DNA from: Lepidodermella squamata
Taxonomy: Eukaryota > Animalia > Gastrotricha
Reading direction: 5' to 3'
Length of the DNA: 64,000 nt
Assembly: GCA_047495785.1 (NCBI GenBank)
Contig: JBLDXI010000013.1
Span: 2,604,001-2,668,000, forward strand
Below the pieces are notes generated by a model that saw only the letters and a program-made list of their open reading frames with translations, was not told the origin of the DNA and ran no database searches. Position numbers and translations under genes: made by a program. Positions 12,601 to 30,344 of the stretch are shown one piece after another (position 1 is the stretch's first letter; every line of letters begins with the position of its first letter).

Positions 12601-15600
12601 CGAGGCGACGGCGCGGCGTTCGGCGGACTGGCGTAGTTATGCGCCGGCTCTACGGCTTTAACGAAGCCGTTTTGGTACGTTTCCGGTTTCTTCGCTGGCT
12701 CGGCCAAAGTTGCTGAAACGCCTGACCAAACAACGAGGGGCTGGTGATGCACCCTTTTCGTCGGAATCTCATCGTCAAAATTCAGCGACTTTTTCGCCAT
12801 TTCCGTTGCAGGAGGCATTACAGGGGTTGGCGAAGGGGTCGGTTCTGGCCTGGGTGGTTCGGGAATAGCCGGTATAGACGGTTCGAGGTCCTTTTTCTCT
12901 TCTGAATCGTGCTTTGGCGTGAGATCTTTTTCCTCCACATTGACTTTACCAGGAGTACGAAATACGATGGTAGTCGCGATGTTGTTCGGATTTTCGAAAT
13001 TCGGCGACTGGACCGCGTCGACAACACATCGGTAGACTCGAAGGCGGGTCGGGTCTTCGACATCCCAATGAACACGTTCGATCGAATAGTTCAACGGTAT
13101 CAAGATGTGTTTCAAATCCGATAAATCGCAAATCGAGCCGAGGCGGGTGATTGACAGTGAACCGATAGCGACCGTGATATCCTGAGCGTTGAAGCCATCA
13201 AGCCAAGAGCGGCGCCATTTTATCGACTCTGGATCACAAACAAGTCGCCGATCGACTGAAAAATCGCTGATGTAACCGATCGAACTCTCGTCGTCACTAT
13301 CGTCTTCCCGAGCGTGTTCCGGGCAGAAGCAGTGATGGTCTTCGGTGAATGAATGGTCATGCTCCCGGGCGCACATGAAGTGGAAGTCAAGCTGGCAACC
13401 TCTTTCACGGCACTGCAACGTCGCACCGGTTCGCCCGCAATAGTAGCACTTCAAATGCCGGGATCGAGTCAACGCCTGAGTCACATTGCACAACTGTGAA
13501 CCTTTTTCGAACACTTCAGCCGACCATAGTGCGCAATTGACGTGAACCCAATCGTCTTGGCCAACGTAAATCAAACGACCTGAGTCTTGCGATTTTTCAT
13601 CGCCGAACCGAGTACACAACCGGCACATTCTCACGTCAGTCCCGTTTTGATTGATCGAGGACACGTTTTGAAGAATGGTCGCGTTCAATTTACTCATTTG
13701 CTTCGACGAATCTTTGTCTTTACCCTTTGCTTTCGACTTCTTGTCGTCCTTCTTATCATTTTTCTTGTTCTTATTGGCCTTGTCGCGTTTTTCACGCTTG
13801 CCCTCGATTTTCGCGAGCGTTTCAGTGCGAACTCGGTTCTTGAAAGAGTCGTTGATGTCCTCGAAAAATGACAACAACGTATTGATAACCCAAACGGGCG
13901 TAACGTCTCGAGATTTCAAAACGTTCCAGAAATCGAGGATGAAAGTTGATACTTCTCGGTAACAACTGTTAACGAATTTCTCGCAAAACGGCTGAAGAAA
14001 ATCGACCTCGGCATCGATTGCTTGTAGGGCTAGTTGGCAAAGAACCGTCTCATCGGATTCAGGTGCGCCTTGAGCCAGCGACGCGCTCACGTTTTGAATA
14101 TGCTGGACGAAAGAGCCGAGAACAACGCCCAATTTATCCCCCAACAGCTTTTGAACCCTCGCTTCCCAGGTCATAGGCCGGGTCATGTTGTGTTTCGACG
14201 CACAGCTCAAACACACGAATTTCACTGAATCAGGTAGAAATTCGAATAGATCATACAAATCGTCGGTAAGTTCAGCGCACGGATTGGCATGGATCCAAAA
14301 ATTGCACCGGCTGCATTGAAGCATGCGAACTGAGTAGTCGTCCGGGTCGTATTCTTCCTTGCATTCTTTGCAGAAATTGTGCGAACGCTCCTCGGCGCAC
14401 GGCTGGCAGAATTTGAAGTCGGACGACCACTGCGCATTCGCGCCTCGGCCCGGATTCGTAGCGCCACAAAGCTCGCATTTCACGCACCTCGCACACGCCC
14501 ATGTATTGCGTCCCTTTTTCGAGTTTTCAGGCGCTGGGTAGTTCGGGGCTAGGCAGCTCGGGTGGAAGTGGTATTTGCATTTGCAGCAACGCGCGAGTTT
14601 ATTTTTGATTGCGCTAGGTTGGAAACACAATTCGCAGTATTGGCAACTCTGGCACAGCCATGAAGAGAGGTCGATTTCTGACAGATCCACCGCATCTTTT
14701 CCATCTTCATCGTTGACCCCTGAATGAAACAGAACAAATTGGATAATGATAGCTCGAAAATCGAATGGCTTAGAACTATGAAAAATTCAGAATGAAAAAG
14801 TGAAAACTAACCCAAGCAAAAAGTGTGAAATGGATGAGCACAAAGTTGACAGAAAATCATGCTCTCGAATCCAGCCGAACCGCACGATAAGCAAAGAGCC
14901 CGAATAGACGGCATCAAACAGGTCGTAACAATCGCAATGCCTTCACTCAAAGCTCGTTGTAATGAGACATCTTCCAAAATTGCAGCACAAATGCGACGCC
15001 GCTTGGTTTCAGAATAAGCAACAAGTGGCCGAAGCGGTTCGAATTCGGAAAGTACCGGCTTCAATGTGGACACGTCAACTAATTCTTCAATAGAATCGCT
15101 CCGATTAAGCGGTTCGGTCGTCGCCGAACTCGACGGCCGCTCTTCGACCTTTATAGGAAGGACAGACCCAGAGGACTTGTTGACCTCTTCTTGCATCGGA
15201 GAATGAGATACTGACGACGGTATAGGTGAACTGCCCAAGGTGTGACTCATTAGGGAGGATCGTCTCGGTAATTCTGTTGATCCTTCAAGCGAAGTTGATG
15301 AGGCGGTTGCGTCTGACAAAACATTGGCAGGCGGTGTCTGCAACACAGTCCTAGACTCGGAGTGATTCGCCTCGATCGATTTTGGCGGGGTTTTCAACAC
15401 TTCACTGCTAGTAGACTTCGTAACAATGGGCTCTTTAACCGCACATACAGGAACAGGACCTTGATTGGGCAGCTGAATTGTTGGCAGTTTGATTCTCCGG
15501 TAAGTGAACTGTTGCAGGCGATCTTCTTCCTCGCAAACTCGCTTCTCGCAGCAGTGCCGCAGATTGCCAGAGCCACCAAATTTCGGCATGTCCTTGCAAT

Positions 15601-18291
15601 AACGGCATTTACCGCAATCAGTCGCGCGGCAACCGGCGCATTTATTGCACCGGTTCGGCCGTAATCGAGTTGGCGAAACGAAACTAGACGATGACGATTT
15701 TTTCGATTTCTTCAAATTTTCATTACCAGCAGATTTCGATGGGACGACTTGACTAGGAATAGCTTTAGGTTTTTCGACTGAAATTCGTATCGGGGCGCGT
15801 AAGATAGGCGGAGGTGTAGGGCTTCGATTTCCGCGTGCGTTAGCAGCTGGAGCTGCGGGTTTTGCCGCTTGACTCGGTTGGGACGGCGGGCTTCCGGCCA
15901 AATTTGTAAGACTAGGGTTGCGAGCCAAAAATGTTGAGGAGCCTTGTCGAAAAACGTGCTTGATCCGGGGCTTTTTCTCGCCGCTATCGCCTCTTCTTCT
16001 CTAGAAAATCATAGAGATAAAAATCAGTCAAATCAGGAACGAAGTAAAATTCAACTTACCGAGTCATCTGACGCAGCTGGCATAAATTCAGGTGAATCCA
16101 AGAGTGGATTTCTCTGGGGTTCCGTGCTAGTTCTACGTGGCGGCGTAACCTTCCTCGCTCGAGGTGGGGTGACTTTCTTAACGATTTCCTTAGCCCTACC
16201 GCGCTTCACACTCTTCAACGTTGCGACCGAGATTCGAGGCACTTCAAACCCGCCAACAGTCCGCCGTTGCTTTTTCGGAGGCGATGGTTCCGGGGCATCA
16301 GCGGGTTTTCTCGGAGAAGCAGCGGGTTTGGTTTGCTCTTTCTTCGGAGAGACTACCACTTTACCAACATCTTTTTTCGGCGAAACGGACGGCCGAGTAA
16401 TGTTATGTTGAACGCGAATCGCAGCACTTGCGGCAACAGCAGCCGCTCGAGGCCTAGGTGCAGCACTCCACGGTCTATCGGATTCTAACTCGACTTCGCT
16501 AACCGGTGCTCCAATATTCGATTCCGTATTTCGAATCTCAACAACGTGATCGGCAGCATTCAAAACTGGTAACGATAGTTTGGCAGGTTTTTGACGACCT
16601 CCTCTTGTTTTCGCGACAGGAACCTGCTCAGGCTCTTTTGCGACTGGGGACGACGGGCGATCAATGACGAAGTCACCTAGTTCCACGTCAGTTATAGGCA
16701 AGCTAGGGCCATCGGCGATATCTTTGTTGCTGGATATAACAGATTCGTCATCGGCAATTATTGGCGCTGTGCTGCCAAGTCGGCTACGAGTAGAAGGTCG
16801 GCAACTTCCGATTAGATCAACAGCTTCGCTCATTTCGCAGCTTCGAGTCGTTCTACCTGATCTTCTAGAATAATTCTCAACCAGTTTAGGGTCTGAACTG
16901 ATGGTTTGTTCAACGATTTGATGTTCGTCCTTCACTGACGGTAATACCACTGTTTCACTGCGAGTTGATCGAGAAGATCGTTTGCCGACCGCGATCTCCG
17001 ATTCTAATGGCGCGACCGATTGTTTAGGCACCGCAGGAACGGTAAAATTAATTTTGTGCTCGAGGCTTTTAGGTCCACCGGTATCCCGCGATTTAACTGC
17101 TTCGATGAAGGCCCGTCTCTGATTCAGCCATATTTCTTTTGATGCCTCATCGCGAAACTTGTGCGCCAGCACGGTGTCAATAGGCCAGACTTCGAGAGCC
17201 TTCTTCATACGACAGAACCGGCAGGTGTGCTGAACCAAGCCTTCGAGAGAACAGTCACCGGTTCCTTTAATGCAACTCGGAGCGAATTTCGGCAGGCCAT
17301 AAATCATATGGTTTTCGAAAAACTTCCCGCACGTCTGACAAGCTATTTTACCGTAGCGAACACCACCCCAAAAAGACGAGACGATTGAAGTAGTTCCACA
17401 CACTGAACATTTAACAGGTACTTCTGGCGGGATGTCAAATTTCGATCGTATCGCAGCTATCTTTGAGCTTTCTAAAGGTAGAGAATCCGAATTTTCAAAT
17501 GTGTCTGATCCTCGTTTTCGCGACGCTTTTGGCTCGGAGGACGGATTAAGTGGCGAGAGTAAGCTCGGTTTGTCATCGGAAACTTTCAAAGCGGAGCCCG
17601 TGCTTTTCCTAAATCTCCGCCAGTCAACTTTCTCCTTCGGATTCTCTGTTAAAAATAAGATCAGTCATTTAAAAAACCGAAAATATCCTAGAGAACAAAC
17701 TTGAGCTTGATGCAATAGCTGGTGCATTTGAAACGGACGCAGGAGCAGCGGCAATTTCTGCTACACGTTTGGGCAATATTGAAAGACCTGTGTGATCCAT
17801 TTTTCTCCTTTTAGCATTCTTCGGCTGATCAACAGAAGCAGGAAGCTCATTGACATCTTCAACAGTCGAATTAGATGCTTCAGCTTTGGTAACATCAGCA
17901 AACATTGCTTGCGATCCCTCATTGGGAAAAGGACAGCTCTTGCGTCTGTAAGCTACATGCCAAAAATTAAATTGTCAAATAGGCAGAAAAATATTAAACC
18001 CACCTTCTGATGGTCTCCCAGACGGGGCGGTATTGTCGCTAGTGATAGCAGCTCTTTGTGACCTCCTAAGCCATGGAACGGGACTAACTACATATTCACG
18101 CCTTTGAGTCTCAAAAAATATGAGACCGCTTGGGTCGACTAGCACATATTTGTCATGCCAAGTGTCGAGGTCAGCTCGCCAGCTGTCTGTCGAAGGTAAA
18201 TTTGAAGGAACTGCGAAAGAGATTATAAGTAAGAAATTGCGGAATACATTTTCATAGCTGGCAACTCACGCGGCAATTCCGTTGGGTCCAT
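9618..18291 (-). CDS. trx: Histone H3K4 methyltransferase, trithorax/KMT2A-B type, multi-exon (5' exons approximate)
   Basis: C4 nuclear-receptor-like zinc finger (~17410-17200), CXXC finger (CGKCRYCKDMPKFGG, ~15650-15530), PHD1-3, extended PHD (WVHVNCALWSAEV), FYRN, FYRC (IEQLPGA), WIN motif GCARAQPY, SET (RFINHCCEPNC, GEELTYDY) and post-SET CYCGARRCRKYLN*. Confidence 0.93.
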
Positions 18292-20885
18292 GAAACAAGA
18301 GCACTGAAGATTAAATCAACATCATTTCGTATAAAGTTAAATAGTTTCTCCTAAGCACAGCGAAGACTAGAAACTAGAAAAAACGTTTCGTTAGCCAATA
18401 ATAAGAAACGGCCCCTGAGGACAAAGCAAATGCTTGAGAAATCTGCCACGCTAGCAAATACAGGCGCCTGAGTTTCTTGCTTCTCCCAAGTCCACAGAAG
18501 ATTAATGCTCAACGCCCAACACCCAGAATTCCAACATTACCCATTACCACTGTCGGTCTGCAGCCATTGACAGTTGACAGGGAACTCCCCGTGGTTACTG
18601 CGTTCGGATAAGCCTTTTGGATGGTAAAGCGAGGAACGCAGTCTGAACGGAACAAAGACGCCCCAACGACAACGCGGAATTCCCCGTCATTTACTGCCAT
18701 CAACGCTCATACCGTCTACTGCAAACTTGGACTCCAAGTAGGTAATCCGTAATCCGTCTCATTATGGAAAATGATAGTTAGATTCGAGAAATTAATCTAA
18801 AAGTAATCCACACACCACACGCGGCACAGCGATCTCAGTAAGAGTTGACACTTGCAAGTTTAATATTTAGGGGAAAGTATAACGAATAGCAGCGAGCAGT
18901 GAGTATAAATATTTATCGGTTTTCTATCCTCGATCCTCGATCCTCGCTCCTTGTCCCAAAGGGTCACAAAAAGCATCAAGAAGGATGGACCAAGTACAAC
19001 AAAGCAAAAAGGCTTTCAGCGCTGAAATGCAAGCGGAGACGAATTCGGCGCCAAAACATCATTTCGAATAAATTTTCCAGATTTCGCTTCATTTTATATT
19101 TAAATTATTAAATATAACATTTTAAGCAAAATTAGAAATTATATAAAATCCCAACCTTGACGTAACTAAACGCGGTATTTTCAATTCAAACGACCAACGA
19201 GCGCTGATAAATGCTTGCGGTTTGGGGGGACTCTTTTGGTTGAAGGAGTTGAATACCTTCTCGCAATGCGTTGTGTTTCGAGCGCTTGCTCTTTGTGTGG
19301 GAGTCAATGTCAAACCCAATCGAAGAGTGTTGGACAGGCGATGATTAGGAGCGAACAAATATACCCGCTGGCGCTTAAGGGTGCTTAACGTATCCCCTGC
19401 GGTCGGGGATTGTCTTCCTTTCCTCAAACCGTGTGCGGCGGCAAAGTTCTTCGAATGGAAAGCCTAACTCTTAGGGGTCTGTTTTGGCAACAATTTCAAT
19501 TAATAATTGCAATTATGTAGGAAAACGGCAACAAATGAAGAGTGGGGTGAATTAACTTTTAGATGCTTCTCTGGCACATTTTTAACGCTTTGATTCAAAT
19601 ATTCCTGATTTATCCTGATTTTGACGAAGCGATCGCAGTCTCTGGATTGAAACGGATAATTTAAGCCCTGCGTCATAACTGCTTCACGAACTGTTGAAGC
19701 TAATATCATCAAAGTTGCCGCAAAAGTTGTCAGCGAGGCTTTTACACGAGCAAAGTTGTTCTTACGCTCAACGATTTCTCTTTTTCCGTGTTATTCTGAT
19801 CGTTTATGTTCGCCTGATCGTCTGATTTACCGAGTTTCGCCTGGTTTTGGTTCTCTGCGGATCTTCCAACCAAAACTGCTTGATGAGATGAATTGGACAA
19901 TTTTACCGGGAGCGTGCGCCGTAAACGAGTTTAAACTTGTGGACCGGTTGTCATTATATTCATGGTTACATGAAACATCACAGTTAACGAAAACTCTCAT
20001 TTATTTTACCGCAGTCGTGCCGTTCTCGATAAAAAAGCATACCACAGGTGGAAGCAGAGGACAGGAGAACAAATAGCTCGCACATGAACCCTTTGAGTCA
20101 TGTGAAGTAGACATTAAAATAAAATAGACAACAATAACGATTTGTCTGTTCAACATTTATATGATTAAAATGATATGAATCAAGTAGGGCATCATTAAAT
20201 AGACAGATTTATAATAACGCGACTATAAAACAACAATTTGCTTGATAAATTTTGAAACAAAGAGAGACGATATGGCCACTTCCGTATTGGCTCGAAATTA
20301 AATGTTTCCCGAATCGGCTCATTTTTGCCAGGAACAAATGAATCGTGAATGGAAAAAGCGCGAATTGCGCGAGTGAAAACTATGTCAAATAAATGAACGA
20401 TGTGATGCGTTGCTCAAGTCCTCTCCGATGAATTCAGGCAATAATCAACACCCAGTAAATCCTAACATGGATGATTGAAATTATTTACATTCAGGTCATG
20501 TGAGAAGAAAAAAATTAAGGCATGTGTTTTTGAGTAGAGGGTCACAAATGAGCCGACGATTTTTCAAACGGCGAAACGATCAGCTTCGCCCAGAGTATGT
20601 CACACAATTTACAAATTTCTTTTAAAGAACTGTAATCGAATCGCCCTCATTCTTACTTATTCGATGATCCAACTGAGTAATTCTGAACCGATCAAGTTAA
20701 ATAAGTAAGAAATGTATATCACGTAACGCTTCAGACGATGCGCCCGATATAATGATTGACGGTTGGCGACGCCAATTTAAAACCAAACGGCTGTGAAGTT
20801 TTGGTTCTTGGGGCGAGTGACGACGGATGAAATTCGACAATTGCGCTATAATGGAACATACTGCCTATATACAAGACGTCGATTA

Positions 20886-24478
<3,593 letters not shown>

Positions 24479-27400
24479 GTTCGTGTTTGCAGCAATTTTA
24501 AAGCTGTGGTTCGCTGAATCCTTTAATTAAATATCACTTGATCTGCGTGCCAACGAACAGGCGCTAATTGCATTGTTGTGATGAAGCTGGAAGCTATCAC
24601 CGCATCGGCTGTCGAAGGTGATTTGTCCTCGTGTTAACAAGTCAGGGATCTCATCAATTGATAAACAAAAACAACCTATAACAATGAATATGAAGAACCA
24701 TTGCTCGTTGGAAATTTGATATTGATCCGAAAAGATAAACATGAAAGATTAGGTAAGCAAAAAAAGATTAGCACTACATTAAGCTGGAAGTGACCGCTAA
24801 AGGTCTATTGTCCATATTCTGGTCCACGTGGCGAGGCCTATAAGCTATACGAAGACATTCCAAGTGCAGAGCGAGATGTACAATGGAAACCGTGCAAATG
24901 GACGTCTTCCGGTGGTAGCGGCGGATGGATGCGACGATACGCACCGCATGAGAAAAGTAGCGTTGTACAAGAGCGCATTGTGCGCATTGAAGAGACCGCG
25001 GCGACATGGGCAAAAAATGCGCGCCCGTGTACCTGGTCGCGCACAAGCGCGTTTTTTAAGGTGGTGTTGCGAGTCAATTACTGCCGCATGCCGTTATGCC
25101 GGCACTTTGTACCATTGCGTGGCCCATCAGTGCACATATGATAAAGCACCGGGCTATTATAGTAGGGGCCGCTTACAAGGCAAAAGGCGGTTGAAAGTAA
25201 ACGATGAAGAGCGCAGCTAATTGTTCGTTGCGCCGGTTGATAGGGTATAGCTATTGCCACCCGCCTCCTCCGAATGTTCATACTAGAATTGATGAGCAAC
25301 TTTTTGTTCAGACGAACATAGTACTCGCTGATGAAACTTGCTGTCGTTCAGGCGTTTTGCGTGTAATATAAAATACTAGACCAATAGAGAATTTCTATTA
25401 CAAAGTGAACACATTACCTATAGATATCAGGCAGGTGGCTTTAGCTGCAATGCTTTTTGTACGAAGAAGTATTATTGTTATAGAAATATTACAACAGCCC
25501 TGTCGGTTTCGGGCATTCGGAAGCGAAAGACGTATTTCGTAGACAGTGACTGGCATTTACTTGTACCTTGTACCTCGGCTGGAATTTTTTCTGCTGCGCG
25601 TTATATCGAACAAGGTAGCAACTAACAGGCTGATGAGCCCAGTTAGGTGTATTCTAGCTGCTTTTTTACTCGACGCTTCTTCGTCTTAATAATAATGATA
25701 ATGCGATGTGTAATCTACCAGTTTTACGTGGTATGTACCGGCTACAGCAAAACCACTGATAGATAATCACAGAAGGCTGGAATATTGAAAGCGACATCGG
25801 ATGAAACTGGGGAGAGTGTGGACGATATATCAAAGCATATTGAGTAAAACACGGCTTTGGAAATCGCGCGAATCCTATAAAGCTGAGCGGATTACTATTA
25901 TTATATTAAGGTTCGAGCCTTATTTTTGCCGGGCTAAATGATTTGGCCAGTAATAAGGCGAAAGAAGAAAAAAATAGCGCTGCTGCTGCTGCTGCAGGCT
26001 GCGATGTTCTTCACGCAACGCGTACCGAAGAAATCGTGAGCGCAAAGCTCGCATATTTCCGGCTCTGACGGCAGCTAAACGGCATAACGGTGTTATAGTA
26101 AATTGGTTATGGCCTCGAAAAATATTGCTAGACATGCATTCGATGGGCGCGTTGTTCGCGTTGCCGCACCACGGCCAGTCGATTGTAATAAGCCGCGCGT
26201 ATAATATAAGTATTGCTAGAAGCCGGTTGCTGATGCCGGCTCAATACCTGGTTTGGCGCGCCTCAGCGCTCGCGGCGGGGTGGTGCGGATAGCCGCTATC
26301 GCAGACGCGAAGATGATGCGCAATAACCTAAAAACCAAACCGGCAGATCAGCTTGTTTCCGGCTCTTGCTTTTTCTGACGCGCTCGCTCGCTTTCTCATC
26401 ATTTCGCTCGCAAGCATCAATCCATCCCTACTACAGATCACACATTAATATAAATACCTCCGTAATAACAACAGTAATGACCATAATAGTATTGGGAATA
26501 TAGCGGCAAATAATAGGATCTATATTATTGTGAACAGACGCTGCCTAGAAATCTCCACCTATAAACCTTAGTATAGCTCGAACAGCAATAAGTGAAAATT
26601 CCGCGGCTGGGAATCCGAATGATAATAATAATGAAAGATGGCCATGGGCCACCTTAATTCTTGGTATTATTACAATTTATAGCACAGCTTTGTGCCTGCG
26701 AAGTAATCGCACCGTACCCAACCTTCTACTGCTACAACAAAATCTCTGTCTGATATCTAACGCGTCAGACGAATAACGCTGGAGCCACGTGTATAAAAAC
26801 AATATCGGTGGGTTAAACTGCGATGGGTTGTAGAAGGAGGAGAGTAGGTGAGTCATATTTTCCAACATTTTCGCACATAAGAACACGTCCGATTGTAAGC
26901 CCCTGTATCATTAATAATAATTCCCGATATATATGTAATGGAATAATCTGTACACATAACTCAGCCCACATTATTCTCAGGGCTAATAGTCACCGCAACT
27001 CCGTGTAAAAGCTAACGGAGTTGTGGAGGTTTTTAAGCGGGGCGGTGTGAAAAGTATTACAGGTTTTGTAAATAAATTAGAACCGCGAAACCACCAAACG
27101 TGATCGGTGTAGTCCCACATCATAACTGAACAACAACCCAACGCAAGGAAAGACAACAGGCGAGATGAGTATAATCGATTCACGGTTTCTCGTCTTTTAC
27201 TATATACCGATTATCATTATACCGGCACCCTGGAAACTTACAAATATTTTCCACCTATTTGATTGTTTATGTATTTCTGGTGTATTAGCGGTGTAACATA
27301 TATCTGACGAGATCGTAAGGTTAAAAGAATAATCGCCTATGGGCAGAAAATAGCAATAAAAATGAAATGGATGGAAACATGAATTGCGTGAATTACCGCG

Positions 27401-29110
27401 TCGCCCCCATGATGAATCCTACTATAGAGACGCAAGCGCGTGTAACTTTCGAAAAATATTTGATTTCGAAAATAATTAATTAAGCCCCTAGATCCTAAAT
27501 GGTCAAGGTAATATTTAGTACGAAAGAGAATTCGGGCATGCGAGAGCGTCACTTTGATGAGCAGCAGAATCGTTTTTTGCAGCTGCTGTTAATAGGTTAT
27601 TAATGATGGATAGGTCCATTGATTATCCGCTTAAAAAATCAACAGTTTTTTGGCAGATATTAAAAGCGTGCGACACCTTTCGTCATTCGGCATTTAACAC
27701 GAAGCGGCTGGTTGTTGATAGGCTGTCTTAATTCTTTAAAAGCCAAATGCTAAATCCCATTCACTTCAGCGCCGATGGTCTAAAAAATATATATATCGTG
27801 TACTGGCGATATTGTATGGTGGCGATATTGGTGTTGAGAGTTTTTCTGCTCTTTCAAGCCTCCTACGACGCGCGTTAATGTTCTATGGAGAGCCGAGGAG
27901 CGAAGAGAACATGAGTGACATGCGCGCTATGAGTTATATATGCGCCAATTATATTAATATTATTCCAGAAAATATCGCGATATAAATCAATTTCTTCCCA
28001 TGATTCCAATACACACGCACACAAGTTTTGGAGTGAAATGACTAATATAGGAACACTTTGGTGCCTAGTAAAGAAATGTCACCCGAGACGGCAGTCTATT
28101 AGTGTGATAATGAAATTATATTTTATTGAGAATGAGTCCTAATGAGCAGAAAACAATTTCCCCGTTGCGTGAAAATCAAAGATGGTGATTTCTCGTTGCT
28201 GAAAAGGCTTCAATTACGTATCATCAGGTTGTCAAGCTTTGTGTTGAACGCTGCCGTCAAGCGCTTAGCGATCCCCTGTGCTGTTCGGAGCTCGACAGGA
28301 TATACAGTTGTGAACAGTAAAACATATTTTATTCATATTCATTTTTGATTAAAATTCCTTTATTATGTCTTGCAGAGTTTCCTTTTTCTCCATTTCAAGG
28401 GAGAATTCTCAGAAAGAGTTCTGCGTGGAGTTCTGCGGTACCTTTCCTGATTTCTGCGTTACAATTACATCTATAAAGAAGTAATTTAAATGAAATTAGG
28501 ATAGGAAGACGTTTAGGGCGTTTAGGGCGTTTCCCAACCTTCCCAGCAACACAACATTCTGAAATATTAACAGAATAGCAACTTTCTCAATCAAGAAACT
28601 CCAAGCATAAGTACTTAATTTTAAAATGTGATGTCGTGTGATATATTTTTGGACACCTGAAAACAGAACTATTTATTAAAGGAAGCTCCAGAAAATTCGC
28701 TAGAAATGCGAACAAATGCGAGATGCGAGAAACGAAAAGCCTGTGCATCACTATGAATTATGCTGGACAACTTGAATTGCCACAAAAAAACTCACCTGGC
28801 AACGTATGCTTTTTTAGCGCTATGGATACGTCGGACAATCAAATGGCTGATTTTCGGCGGCGTCTATGTGTTATCAAATCATGGGTAGCGTACGGCGTGG
28901 ATTGCGCAGCTAATATCGTTACCAAAATTGATCGCAAATGACGATTCAAAAAACTTAAGGACAGAACTTAAGAAATCAGTCAAGCGTCGAAATGTAGATT
29001 ATTTCATTCAGAATCCTAATAATAGGCACCAAAAAATGATCGCAAAAACTTTCGGTACATGAAGGAATGTAGCAAAAGGTAGAAACGTTTCTTTGACGGC
29101 TTTTGTCGAC

Positions 29111-30344
29111 ATGGCCTTCGACGAAATTTTTCTTGCAATCATGATATTCGTGACATCGGCCACGATACTTCAAAACGGAATAATTCTGTTCGGCACTATT
29201 CTAAACTGGCAAGAAGTCCAACGGACGGTTCCTCAAAGAGCAATAATTCTTTCAACTACAATTGCAGACCTCATTATGGGGCTGGTAAGTCAATCACTGC
29301 TTTTTTGCGTTTTTGCTTTGAGGTCAAATCGTGATTTCTAAGGTTGTGATGCCTTTCGGTCTCTACTTCGAATTCAATAAAGGATGGGATTTAGGCTCAC
29401 TTGCTTGTGATTTCTGGATTAGCTGCGATATCCTCTGTTCAACAGCTTCCATCGTTTCGATTGCATTTCATTCGATGGATAAGTATTACTCATTGTGGAC
29501 ACCTCAGCGGTATTGCGGCGAAACGCGTCATACTTGGTCTAAACTGTATGTTTTTGTAACTTGGGGACTGTCCGGCTTCGTAGCTCTTTCAGCTGGTGCG
29601 AGTGGGTGGGCGAGAAATGACGATTGGGCCCATGGTCAATATCCCGCACAAAATAATGTTGAAGATGACATCATCGATTTCGACAACTTTGAGCTCCATA
29701 TGCTGATGCACGAACAGCTGAAATCGCTGGACGTTCCTGAAGAAGAATGTACAATCACTAATAACCCGATGTTTGCGGTCTACTCCGCCGCTGTTTCCTT
29801 TTATGTCCCAGCAATCGCTATCATTTACTACAGCTATCACATACGAAATCTGGCTTTCATGACTCTTGAAGAACGGCGTCGCATACGGCAGCAATCTAAA
29901 GATAGGCGTAAAAGGACGATTTCTCGAAAGCTAATTCGTCATCAAACGGCAGTCATGAAAGCGGCGAAAAGAGCGCAAGTTTCGCGATCCCGAAGGTCAC
30001 AAATGCATGGCCGTGAACGTCAGGTAGCCATTCTTTGGGAACTCACAATTTGCACTTTCTTGATTTGTTGGGCTCCCTTCTTCATCGCGCACCCTTTGAG
30101 TTGTTTCGGAGTAGATATACCTGAAAAGATTCTGATCATCCTGCCATGGTTGGGCTATTCTCACTCCATAGTCAACCCGATACTTCACGCTTTTCTCGAG
30201 CCGGACTACCTGCGTTCGTTTGCCAAGATAATATTCAACTGTTTGTCAAAAACACTTGGCACTAGAAGGAGGTCTTCAAGCTTACCATCTCCTTCTTCTA
30301 ATGTTAGCCTGGCCGATATGACAATACAACGAGGAGAAATATGA
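29111..30344 (+). CDS. Class A biogenic-amine-type GPCR. Exons 29111-29284, 29343-30344
   Basis: TM2 IADLIMGLVVMPF, TM3 CDFWISCDILCSTASI with the amine-binding Asp, DKY in the DRY position, TM5 YSAAVSFYVP, TM6 CWAPFF, TM7 WLGYSHSIVNPILH. Confidence 0.88.

Noticed and set aside
10798-17704. Many plus-strand ORFs of 60-155 aa
   Set aside because: Antisense shadows of the long trx exons; no motifs.
28511-28530. GTTTAGGGC x2, telomere-like
   Set aside because: Only two copies of a 9-mer; not a telomeric array.
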